From a virus (taxonomy: Duplodnaviria > Caudoviricetes): a stretch of DNA of 31,614 bases. Location: positions 1 to 31,614 of IMG/VR virus record IMGVR_UViG_3300032218_000524; one strand, given 5' to 3'. Positions within the stretch are counted from its first letter, which is position 1. Every line of letters begins with the position of its first letter. The notes under the pieces were generated by a model that saw only the letters and a list, made by a program, of their open reading frames with translations, had not been told where the DNA came from and ran no database searches. Shown here piece after piece: positions 17,181-25,461 of this stretch. A program made the position numbers and the translations under genes.

Positions 17181-17433
17181 ATATAAAAAGTTAGGCAAGG
17201 AGAAGGTTTGGGGATTGGCAGATTCCGAAGGCATTATCTATTTGGATAGTAGGCTTAAAGGAAAGAAACATTTAGAGATACTTATACACGAATCGCTGCA
17301 CTTACTTTATCCCGATAACACAGAAGAAGAAGTGGTTGAGAAAAGCATTATACTTTGTCAGTTAATTTGGCAGCAAAGATATAGGCGAATCGAAGATGAT
17401 AAAAAAGAACCTTTGCAGGATGGAACAATTTGA
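17167..17433 (+). CDS. Small HExxH zinc-metallopeptidase-like protein
   Basis: IYLDSRL...ILIHESLH...EEE. Confidence 0.65.
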   Translation: MIKVRYKKLGKEKVWGLADSEGIIYLDSRLKGKKHLEILIHESLHLLYPDNTEEEVVEKSIILCQLIWQQRYRRIEDDKKEPLQDGTI

Positions 17434-17484
17434 GCCGATTAACAAGAATTTGCGGCTCATAAATACGAATAGATACGTTTATAT

Positions 17485-17754
17485 ATGAAAAAACATACTA
17501 AAGTTTACACTAAATACTTTGATTACGGATTAGAAGATTATATGGGATGCGAAGTCTGTGGAAGTAGAGCAGTAGACATTCATCACATTGAAGCAAGGGG
17601 AATGGGTGGATCAGATGATGAGGATTATATAGAGAACCTGATGGGATTGTGCAGAGATTGCCACGTTAAATATGGTGATAGAAAACAATATATTCAAATG
17701 TTAAAAGATATTCATTATAAATTTATTGATGACTATGGTAGATACTATGGGTAA
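17485..17754 (+). CDS. HNH endonuclease
   Basis: CEVC, DIHHI, NL.GLCRDCH. Confidence 0.88.
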   Translation: MKKHTKVYTKYFDYGLEDYMGCEVCGSRAVDIHHIEARGMGGSDDEDYIENLMGLCRDCHVKYGDRKQYIQMLKDIHYKFIDDYGRYYG

Positions 17755-18226
17755 TAATATTCATCCTACGGCAATAATAGGAAGGAATGTAACATTAGGT
17801 AAAAATAACTATATAGGTGCTTATTGTATTATAGGCGATAATGCAGAACATAGAGGAGAATGGAATAATACACCTAATAAAGTAACGATAGGAGATAATA
17901 ATATTATAACTGGACTTGTAACGATTGATGGAGGAATGGTGGAAACAGTTATAGGGAATAGTAACTTTTTTATGAAGCATTCTCATATTGGCCACGATGC
18001 GATTGTACATAACCATACGACTATATCCTGTGGGGCAAAGATAGGAGGACATTGTATCATAAATGATGAGGTTAACATAGGTTTAAACGCAGTCATCCAT
18101 CAACGAGTAGAAATACCAAGAAGATGTATGATTGGTGCAAGTGCTTTTGTAGGAAAAAAAAGCATACTTCAACCAAGACATAAATACGCTGGAGTGCCAG
18201 TAAAAGAATTAGGAGAAAATATATGA
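17747..18226 (+). CDS. Hexapeptide-repeat (left-handed beta-helix) acyltransferase, LpxA-like
   Basis: IHPTAII, HSHIGHD, IGLNAVIHQ, CMIGA, AGVP; start 17747 preferred (alternative 17726). Confidence 0.88.
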   Translation: MGNNIHPTAIIGRNVTLGKNNYIGAYCIIGDNAEHRGEWNNTPNKVTIGDNNIITGLVTIDGGMVETVIGNSNFFMKHSHIGHDAIVHNHTTISCGAKIGGHCIINDEVNIGLNAVIHQRVEIPRRCMIGASAFVGKKSILQPRHKYAGVPVKELGENI

Positions 18227-18846
18227 AAGTAGCTTTACTTTTACTTGATTATTTAAGACATACCTATACCGAAAAGGCTATACAAAGTTTTCTATTAGGA
18301 AACTATCCATATGATTTATTTGTAATTGATAGATTTGGAATAGCAGCTGCATTAAACGAAGGAATAGATAAAACAAAAGATTATGATGCTGTATGTTTCT
18401 GTGGTAATGATATTGAGATGCCTTCTAATTGGTTATTAATGGCAGTAGAACATATCGAAGCAATACCTAATACAGGAATGTGTGGCATTTATTGCGTTGA
18501 GAACTTACCAGCACTTGAAGTAATTAATGGAATTGAGGTTCATTCTACATTTGCAACATTCGGTAATGTAGTAATAACCAGAAAAGCCATTGATGCAGTA
18601 GGTTATTTTAATGAAGCATACGATCCATATGGAATGCAAGATAGCGACTATGGGTTAAGGCTTACTAAACTTGGCTTTAAGAATTACTATATCAAAGGCT
18701 TACAATCCTATCATTTAGGCCACGATGTAGGAGAACAAACCGAATACAGAAAGATGAAAGATGAAGGATTAAATAAGGCAGCAGAGGTATGGGCTAAGTC
18801 AATAAAGCAATATGAAAGAAGTAATAATTACACAATCTTTAAATAA
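18223..18846 (+). CDS. Glycosyltransferase family 2-like (GT-A)
   Basis: GIAAALNEGI, GND, VGYFNEAY..YG.QDSDYGLRL...G. Confidence 0.85.
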   Translation: MKVALLLLDYLRHTYTEKAIQSFLLGNYPYDLFVIDRFGIAAALNEGIDKTKDYDAVCFCGNDIEMPSNWLLMAVEHIEAIPNTGMCGIYCVENLPALEVINGIEVHSTFATFGNVVITRKAIDAVGYFNEAYDPYGMQDSDYGLRLTKLGFKNYYIKGLQSYHLGHDVGEQTEYRKMKDEGLNKAAEVWAKSIKQYERSNNYTIFK

Positions 18847-19241
18847 TGGAAGAGATAATAAGGGGAAGACCTACTAAATATAAAGAAGAGTATTGTGAAA
18901 TGCTTATAGAACATATGTCGGAAGGCTATTCCTTTGAATCTTTTGGGGGGATAATAGAGGTAGCAGAAGATACTTTGTACGAATGGGTTAAGGTGCATAA
19001 GAATTTTTCCGACTCCAAGAATATAGGAACGCAAAAATCAATGATTTGGTGGGAGAAGATGGGCAGGAAAGGGATGATAAATGAGATACCATTCTTCAAT
19101 GATAGGATATGGAGGCTGAATATGATTAATCGATTTAGAAGCAAGTGGACAGATGGAACGAAGAACGAGAATAACGATAAAAAAGAAATAGTTGTCAGAT
19201 ACGAAAGAAATAGACCTGATCCTTCCGATTCCTCACAATAG
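18846..19241 (+). CDS. terS: Terminase small subunit
   Basis: GRPTKY, HTH ending TLYEW..H..F; directly upstream of terL. Confidence 0.8.
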   Translation: MEEIIRGRPTKYKEEYCEMLIEHMSEGYSFESFGGIIEVAEDTLYEWVKVHKNFSDSKNIGTQKSMIWWEKMGRKGMINEIPFFNDRIWRLNMINRFRSKWTDGTKNENNDKKEIVVRYERNRPDPSDSSQ

Positions 19242-20370
19242 ACAATGGGAGGTACTGGACTGCAAGGAAAGATTTATAGTGATGATGGCAGGTCGAAGAT
19301 TTGGCAAGTCATTAATCAGTCAGTCTATTGCCATTGAGTATGCCATAGAGAAGAAGCTGGTAGCATATGTTACACCTACATACCAACTTGCTAAGGTTTT
19401 CTTTGATGACATACTAAAGATAATTCCATCCGAAATAGTCCTACCGAACAAGTCAGACCTAACAATAGAATTTATTACTGGAGGAAAGATACGATTCTTT
19501 ACAGGGGAAAGACTTGATAACTTCAGAGGACTAAAGTTTCATATTGCCATTATAGATGAGGCTTCATATATAGCCAATTTAGAGCAAGGATGGATGAATA
19601 GTATTAGACCTACCCTAACAGATTTCAAGGGCAAGGCTATCTTCTTATCTACTCCCAGAGGCAAGAACTACTTCTACTCCCTTTATATGAAGAACGGAGA
19701 AGATGGGTGGAGGTCATTTAAATTCAGCACCTACGATAATCCTTATATTGATAAGGCAGAAATAGATGATGCACGAAGACAGTTACCAGAAGTTGTATTT
19801 GAGCAGGAATATATGGCGAATCCTATGGAGAACGCTGCTAATCCTTTTGGTACTGACCACATTCGTAAATGCATCAAGCCTATGTCTATGAATGATATCG
19901 CTTGTTTCGGAATAGATGTGGCGAAGTCCTATGACTGGACTGTGATAATAGGATTGGATTCACAAGGCAATACGGCTTATTTTGAGAGGTTTCAGAATGA
20001 CTGGCATACTACGAAGCAGAAGATACTTGGACTGCCAAGAAGACCTATCCTAATAGATTCTACCGGTGTAGGCGATCCAATCTTTGAGGACTTGCAAAGA
20101 GAGGGGATGCAGATTCAAGGACTAAAGTTCACACAGGTATCAAAGCAACAGTTAATGGCTGGACTGCAAACGGCAATCCATCAAGGTAAGATAGGATATC
20201 CAGAAGGCATCATTACCCAAGAACTTGAAATCTTTGAATACCAGTATTCAGCGAATGGTGTAAAGTATTCAGCACCATCAGGATTCCACGATGATTGCGT
20301 TATGGCTTTGGCTTTAGCCTATAACAATATCAGCTTCAAGGCTGGTAGTGGAAAATACTCATTCCTATAA
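19192..20370 (+). CDS. terL: Terminase large subunit
   Basis: Walker A AGRRFGKS, Walker B IIDEA, STP motif, nuclease GIDVA and HDD. Confidence 0.95.
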   Translation: MSDTKEIDLILPIPHNRQWEVLDCKERFIVMMAGRRFGKSLISQSIAIEYAIEKKLVAYVTPTYQLAKVFFDDILKIIPSEIVLPNKSDLTIEFITGGKIRFFTGERLDNFRGLKFHIAIIDEASYIANLEQGWMNSIRPTLTDFKGKAIFLSTPRGKNYFYSLYMKNGEDGWRSFKFSTYDNPYIDKAEIDDARRQLPEVVFEQEYMANPMENAANPFGTDHIRKCIKPMSMNDIACFGIDVAKSYDWTVIIGLDSQGNTAYFERFQNDWHTTKQKILGLPRRPILIDSTGVGDPIFEDLQREGMQIQGLKFTQVSKQQLMAGLQTAIHQGKIGYPEGIITQELEIFEYQYSANGVKYSAPSGFHDDCVMALALAYNNISFKAGSGKYSFL

Positions 20371-20409
20371 AATAGTTTAGCATTCTGCACTTTGTATTAA
20401 ATTAAGGTT

Positions 20410-20417
20410 TATATTTG
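20410..20417 (+). promoter_or_regulatory. Bacteroidota-type -7 box TATATTTG
   Basis: Consensus match 19 nt before ATG 20437. Confidence 0.6.
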
Positions 20418-20436
20418 TATAAACAAATCACTTTAT

Positions 20437-20523
20437 ATGAAACCGAAAACCATTGCCAAGATTATCATCGTATTGATACTACTTTATTTTGTAGGTCATC
20501 TTCAAGATATTTATTGTAGATAG
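20437..20523 (+). CDS. 28-aa single-TM peptide (MKPKTIAKIIIVLILLYFVGHLQDIYCR)
   Basis: Manually translated; has its own promoter box. Confidence 0.55.
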   Translation: MKPKTIAKIIIVLILLYFVGHLQDIYCR

Positions 20524-20543
20524 TATAAAATACTTTATCTTTA
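20514..20543 (+). promoter_or_regulatory. Promoter TTG-N19-TATCTTTA with operator-like palindrome AGTAT-AAA-ATACT
   Basis: Spacing fits the consensus; inverted repeat at 20522-20534; precedes the XRE gene. Confidence 0.5.
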
Positions 20544-20562
20544 CTGAAATAAAATTACATAT

Positions 20563-20757
20563 ATGTTAAACGAATTATTGAAACAAGAAAGGAAAGCAAG
20601 TAATCTAACGCAAAAAGAACTTGCTGAAAAGTCAGGTATCAGCTTTGTAACCATTAATAGAATTGAAGGTGGAAGCAATCCAAGAATATCAGTATTGAAT
20701 AAGCTATTCTCTGCAATGGGTAAACAACTTGTAATATCTATTAACAATGTGGGATAA
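20563..20757 (+). CDS. XRE-family HTH transcriptional regulator
   Basis: LKQERK..NLTQKELAEKSGIS..TINRIEGG.NP. Confidence 0.92.
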   Translation: MLNELLKQERKASNLTQKELAEKSGISFVTINRIEGGSNPRISVLNKLFSAMGKQLVISINNVG

Positions 20758-21418
20758 GATAACTTTATTTCAATATCAGCAATTAGTTCCAGCATTGCAA
20801 GAACAAGATGCCACAGAACAAAACTGCAAGATCATTGCAATCCTTAATAACTGGACTGAACATCAAGTTGATAGCTTGAGTATTGAGGCATATAATAATG
20901 AGAAACAAAAACTAATGTTCCTTAATGATAAGATTGAAGGTAAGCCTGTTAAGTACATTGAGGTCAATGGTAGAAGATACCGATGTATATATGACATTCG
21001 TAAATTACCAGCAGCAAGGTATATTGAAAGTAAGGTATTCAGTCAGGACTTTATACCTAATCTTCATAAGTTAGCTGCTTCAATGGTCATCCCACAAAAG
21101 AAAACATTATTCGGATGGAAGGATATTAAGTATGATGCGAGTAACCACGAAGAATATGCACAAGATATGTTATCAGCAAGATTCATAGATGTTTATCATT
21201 CCATTGTTTTTTTTTATCAAGTATACAGAAACTGGATGCAAGTTTCGAAGGATTATTTGATTCAACAGTTAGCCAAGAAGATGACTATGGAGGAGGCGAA
21301 AAGGGAGGTTCAAAATTTATTGAGTATTATGGATGGCAATATTGCACCAAACTTGTTGCCGACTACGAAAATTGCACAGTTAGCCAAGCATATGAATTAC
21401 CAACAATCGAATACCTAA
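20747..21418 (+). CDS. Putative tail assembly chaperone (0-frame product, 223 aa)
   Basis: WDKITL.QYQ start; VFF encoded over a T9 slippery run. Confidence 0.6.
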   Translation: MWDKITLFQYQQLVPALQEQDATEQNCKIIAILNNWTEHQVDSLSIEAYNNEKQKLMFLNDKIEGKPVKYIEVNGRRYRCIYDIRKLPAARYIESKVFSQDFIPNLHKLAASMVIPQKKTLFGWKDIKYDASNHEEYAQDMLSARFIDVYHSIVFFYQVYRNWMQVSKDYLIQQLAKKMTMEEAKREVQNLLSIMDGNIAPNLLPTTKIAQLAKHMNYQQSNT

Positions 21419-21462
21419 ACATATTGTCCTATTTAAAAGCCGAGAAAGATTTCAAGAAATAG
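20747..21462 (+). CDS. Putative tail assembly chaperone, -1 frameshifted product (~238 aa)
   Basis: T9 at 21207-21215; the -1 frame is open to TAG 21460-21462 (LSSIQKLDASFEGLF...KFIEYYGWQYCTKLVADYE...EYLNILSYLKAEKDFKK). Confidence 0.7.
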
Positions 21463-21480
21463 TTTTGGTTAGTCCTTACC

Positions 21481-21510
21481 ATCCCTGTCGTTTCCACGAT
21501 GGGGATTTTT
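21481..21510 (+). terminator. Intrinsic terminator
   Basis: ATCCCTGTCGT-TTCC-ACGATGGGGAT (two GU pairs) followed by a T-run. Confidence 0.75.
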
Positions 21511-21527
21511 GTATCATAAAGTTTATC

Positions 21528-21555
21528 AGTTACTATCATTAATTAATCGCATTTA
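21528..21555 (+). promoter_or_regulatory. Candidate phage late promoter AGTTAC-N16-CATTTA
   Basis: Shares TAATCGCATTTATAT with the 30368 site; 7 nt before ATG. Confidence 0.6.
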
Positions 21556-21562
21556 TATATGT

Positions 21563-22216
21563 ATGAATAAGGCACAGGCAAAGTTTATTGAGCAAGATGT
21601 TTTAAGCAAATTGGGTGGCAATTATAATTCTGTAAAGGATGATGAATATCCTGTTATTGAGCGATTATTAATGGCAGCAGGGGAACAATTCAATGAGCAG
21701 ATAGGCATTAATTTGGCAAAGACTAAAAGCATTGTAACTGGTAAGTTAGCTGAACCTGCATTCCCGATTGTTACTATGTTTGGTAATAAGTATGTTTTAG
21801 AGATTGGTTATGAAAAGGGAAGTGAACAATCTAAATATTATGATTTTGTAGATAAAGGTGTTAAGGGAACTAATAACACAAAGGCTGAATCAAAATCTCC
21901 ATATTCGTTTAAGACAGGGAAGAAATCTATTCCTGTTAGTGTAGTAAAGAAATTCCTTTCATTATCAAATAAGAAGTCTATAACTGTCAAAAAATATACC
22001 AAGTTAGGATCAGAAAAAAATGCAGTAGATATAACAAAGGCTTTACCATTTATGATTGCTCGAAGCATACATAGTAAAGGTACACCTTCAACACATTATT
22101 ATTCAGATGCTATTAAACTTATATTTGGTCAAGAATTTAAAAAAGAAGTAGAGAAGGCTTTAGGTGCTGAAATAAATATTAAAGTAGTTAAATATTGGAA
22201 CAATAAATTTAAATAA
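21563..22216 (+). CDS. Putative tail completion/neck protein (HK97 gp10-like)
   Basis: Basic; TGKL, YYDFVDKGVKG, IARSI..KG..P.HYY motifs; ATG 21563 follows the promoter. Confidence 0.55.
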   Translation: MNKAQAKFIEQDVLSKLGGNYNSVKDDEYPVIERLLMAAGEQFNEQIGINLAKTKSIVTGKLAEPAFPIVTMFGNKYVLEIGYEKGSEQSKYYDFVDKGVKGTNNTKAESKSPYSFKTGKKSIPVSVVKKFLSLSNKKSITVKKYTKLGSEKNAVDITKALPFMIARSIHSKGTPSTHYYSDAIKLIFGQEFKKEVEKALGAEINIKVVKYWNNKFK

Positions 22217-23422
22217 ATGGCAATTACGATTTTAGATACTCCAGCTTCATACTCATCAATGCACGATGACCTTTGGTATGTGGCTTCATCAACCAATAGT
22301 GGAACTACTAACTTCAAGTTCATAGTTGATGTCTATGTGAATGGTACATTAGCTGGAAGGTCAAAGGTATTCCCTTCGCCATCAGGCAGTTATGGTGTAT
22401 ATAATGCATCCCCTATTGTTAGATCATATGTAACAAATTACTTTGAGCCATCAGGTACATCAATTCTTGTTGCATCAAATGATAAAATAAAAGTTAATTA
22501 TATAATCGCAGTAGGAGAAGAAGTAAGTGGCGTAACTACGGCTAATATGGCATCTGGTTCTTTTAGTGCTTATAACTTCTATCCTCCATTGTTTGCTGAT
22601 ATCCTTGCCACCAATGCAGAAATACCATTAGTCTTATCTGACTATTATAATAACTTACTGATAGAAAACTTTTCAGATGACTGGTTAACGGAACGAAGCG
22701 AAGAGATAGGTATTGAATATGGCGATATTTTTTATGCGACATTCTTTAAAGTTACTGCTGGAAGTTACCTTGCTAAGATTGACATAGTTAATCCAGATGA
22801 ATCAATAGCAGCTACATATAGTGCTTCTATTTCTTTAGCTGGAGAATTTAATTTATTTAACTGCTCGGCTGCGAATATAAATGCTTTCGCTGGAACAACA
22901 ATAATAACAGAAAATACATATGGCTATAACGTATATCTTACACTTGGAGTTGCGGTTACAAGAAAACTTCGATTTCGACAAAAATGTTACCCTAAGTTTC
23001 GCCAGTATAACCTTCACTTCCTCAATCGCTTAGGTGGATGGGATACAATGAAATTCGCCTTAGTCAATCGTAGATCAACTGACTTCCAAAGGTCAGCATA
23101 TAGAAGAAACGATTGGCAGTTAGTAGGCAATCAAATGCAGAATGTAGATAGTTATAACCGATATAATGAAACGACTTTAAACTATGCCATTCAGCATAAA
23201 GATAAGTACCATTTGATTTCAGATTGGGTAAATGAGCAAGATTATGACTGGCTTCAGCAACTTGTTTCATCAAGTATAGTTTATATGGAAGTGCTGGGTG
23301 CTTATTTTCCTGTAACTGTTCTATCGAATACATATAGTTATAAGCTAACGGCTGCTGATAAGTTATTCAATTTTGAGATAGATATTGAAGTTGGCAAGTA
23401 CATAAATTCACAATTCAGATGA
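22217..23422 (+). CDS. Putative tail tip/baseplate structural protein
   Basis: 401 aa, beta-rich, FLNRLGGWDTMKF motif; tail context. Confidence 0.55.
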   Translation: MAITILDTPASYSSMHDDLWYVASSTNSGTTNFKFIVDVYVNGTLAGRSKVFPSPSGSYGVYNASPIVRSYVTNYFEPSGTSILVASNDKIKVNYIIAVGEEVSGVTTANMASGSFSAYNFYPPLFADILATNAEIPLVLSDYYNNLLIENFSDDWLTERSEEIGIEYGDIFYATFFKVTAGSYLAKIDIVNPDESIAATYSASISLAGEFNLFNCSAANINAFAGTTIITENTYGYNVYLTLGVAVTRKLRFRQKCYPKFRQYNLHFLNRLGGWDTMKFALVNRRSTDFQRSAYRRNDWQLVGNQMQNVDSYNRYNETTLNYAIQHKDKYHLISDWVNEQDYDWLQQLVSSSIVYMEVLGAYFPVTVLSNTYSYKLTAADKLFNFEIDIEVGKYINSQFR

Positions 23423-25461
23423 TTAGTACAGAGATTTATATTGAGAATTACAGGCTTGATTTGGTAGATGACATTTTAACTGAATTTACCTATACCATAG
23501 ATGATATTCAAGATTTTGGAAATAAGAATACATCTTATAGCAAAACTATAAACCTAACTGGAACGGCTAATAATAACCAAATCTTTGGATTCATTTTTAA
23601 TCTCAATAGTAGCAATGTTACCGATGATTCTCAACCAAACGTATTAGGTAACTTCAACGCTGCTAAAGCTGCACAATGTAGAATCTTCATTGATAGGATA
23701 CAGATATTTAAAGGCGTTTTAAGGCTTATGGAGATAGTTCAGAATGGAGATGACATACAATATCAATGTTCAGTATTTGGCGATTTAGGAGGATTTATGA
23801 GTCAATTAGGCAATAGTAAAATAGAAGAATTAGATTTCTCTACATACAATCAAGCTTGGAACTACACAAATATTCAAAATAGTTGGAATACAGTTGCTGG
23901 TAGTGGGGTGTATTATCCATTAATTGACTACGGAAAGGTATCAACTAACAAGATAGATTTTATATATAGGGCATTTAGACCAGCATTTTACGTTAGGCAA
24001 TACCTTCAAAAGATATTAACCAATTCTGGCTACACTTGGGATTTTCCATTGCTTACATCTTCAGCATTAATGCAGAGATTAATCATTCCTAATAATCAAA
24101 CTGGATTAAGTTCTCTTTCTTCCATCCTATTGAAGGCAAAAGCAACAGAAGATACATTTAACTTCACTACTAAAATAAAATTCACTTCAGTAACACTTGG
24201 ATCGTTTACCTTATCTGGAGGCAGTGATGTATATACATATGGAGGTGCTTCAGCCGTTGTTGGGGATATTAAATTTGACATAAGATTAAAGGTAAATACA
24301 TATACATCCACAGGACTTAAACGATTTAAGTTATGGAAAGGTGCTACTTTATTAGCTTATCAAGATGTCAATGTGGGAACAGGGGCAAATACATTCTCAA
24401 TAGTATTAGAGAAAACTAATGTTACAATCAATCCATCTGATACAATTTACATTGAAGTTCCAGCTGACATAACAAATTACACTGTTTTTGAAAGTGCCAA
24501 AGGTTATTTAAACATAATTTCTCCTAATCCAACTTATGTAAAGTTAAATTATGGCGATACTATCATAATGAATGATGTAATACCTAAAGGCATATTCCAA
24601 AGAGATTTCTTTTTGAGTATATGCAAGATGTTTAACCTATATGTTTATGATGATCCAGTAGATAGCAAGAAATTAATTATTAAACCTTATATAGATTTCT
24701 ATTCAGGACAACAAGTTGATTGGACTAACAAAATAGATAGGTCAAGGCCAATGAGTATAAAACCTATGAGTGAACTTAATTCACGATACTATCAATTTAA
24801 GTATAAGCAAGATAATGACTATTATGCAGAGAATTACAGAAAGAAATATAATGAAGGCTATGGCGATAGGCTATATGATACTGAATTTGATTTTGTTAGT
24901 CAAACTTCTTCGACTGAAGTAATTTTTGCATCAAGCATATTATGGCAAAAGACTGGAACTGACAAGATATATCCAGCTATTTATAAGTTGAGCAATACAA
25001 CTGTTGAGGATAGTATGGATTCAGTTATAAGGATTCTACAAGCACAGAAGATATCAAGCGTAGCAAGTTGGAAGATAACTCAAGATGATGGGACAACTGC
25101 TTATTCTACACAGACAAGTTATGGATATGCTGGACATCTATTTTTTAGTGGTGGCATACCTACTGAAGACATCAATTTCGGTTCGCCAAAAGAACTTCAA
25201 ATAAGCGTTTCAAGTTATCCTACAACTAATCTATTCAATGCTTATTATTCAGACTATATGGCTGAAATAACAGATAAGGATAGTAGGTTATTAACTTGCA
25301 ATGCACTATTAAATACAGTTGATATTCTTAACCTTGATTTTTCAAAGATAGTTTGGATTGATGGGGTGGCATTTAGATTGAATAAGGTGGATGCATTTAA
25401 TCCTATGGAATATACAACTACCAAGATAGAATTATTAAAAGCAATAAATACAACATTTTAA
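23419..25461 (+). CDS. Putative tail tip/baseplate hub protein
   Basis: 680 aa; SYSKTI.L.GT.NN..IF, YYPLIDYG, KMFNL motifs; adjacent to the tape measure gene. Confidence 0.6.
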   Translation: MISTEIYIENYRLDLVDDILTEFTYTIDDIQDFGNKNTSYSKTINLTGTANNNQIFGFIFNLNSSNVTDDSQPNVLGNFNAAKAAQCRIFIDRIQIFKGVLRLMEIVQNGDDIQYQCSVFGDLGGFMSQLGNSKIEELDFSTYNQAWNYTNIQNSWNTVAGSGVYYPLIDYGKVSTNKIDFIYRAFRPAFYVRQYLQKILTNSGYTWDFPLLTSSALMQRLIIPNNQTGLSSLSSILLKAKATEDTFNFTTKIKFTSVTLGSFTLSGGSDVYTYGGASAVVGDIKFDIRLKVNTYTSTGLKRFKLWKGATLLAYQDVNVGTGANTFSIVLEKTNVTINPSDTIYIEVPADITNYTVFESAKGYLNIISPNPTYVKLNYGDTIIMNDVIPKGIFQRDFFLSICKMFNLYVYDDPVDSKKLIIKPYIDFYSGQQVDWTNKIDRSRPMSIKPMSELNSRYYQFKYKQDNDYYAENYRKKYNEGYGDRLYDTEFDFVSQTSSTEVIFASSILWQKTGTDKIYPAIYKLSNTTVEDSMDSVIRILQAQKISSVASWKITQDDGTTAYSTQTSYGYAGHLFFSGGIPTEDINFGSPKELQISVSSYPTTNLFNAYYSDYMAEITDKDSRLLTCNALLNTVDILNLDFSKIVWIDGVAFRLNKVDAFNPMEYTTTKIELLKAINTTF

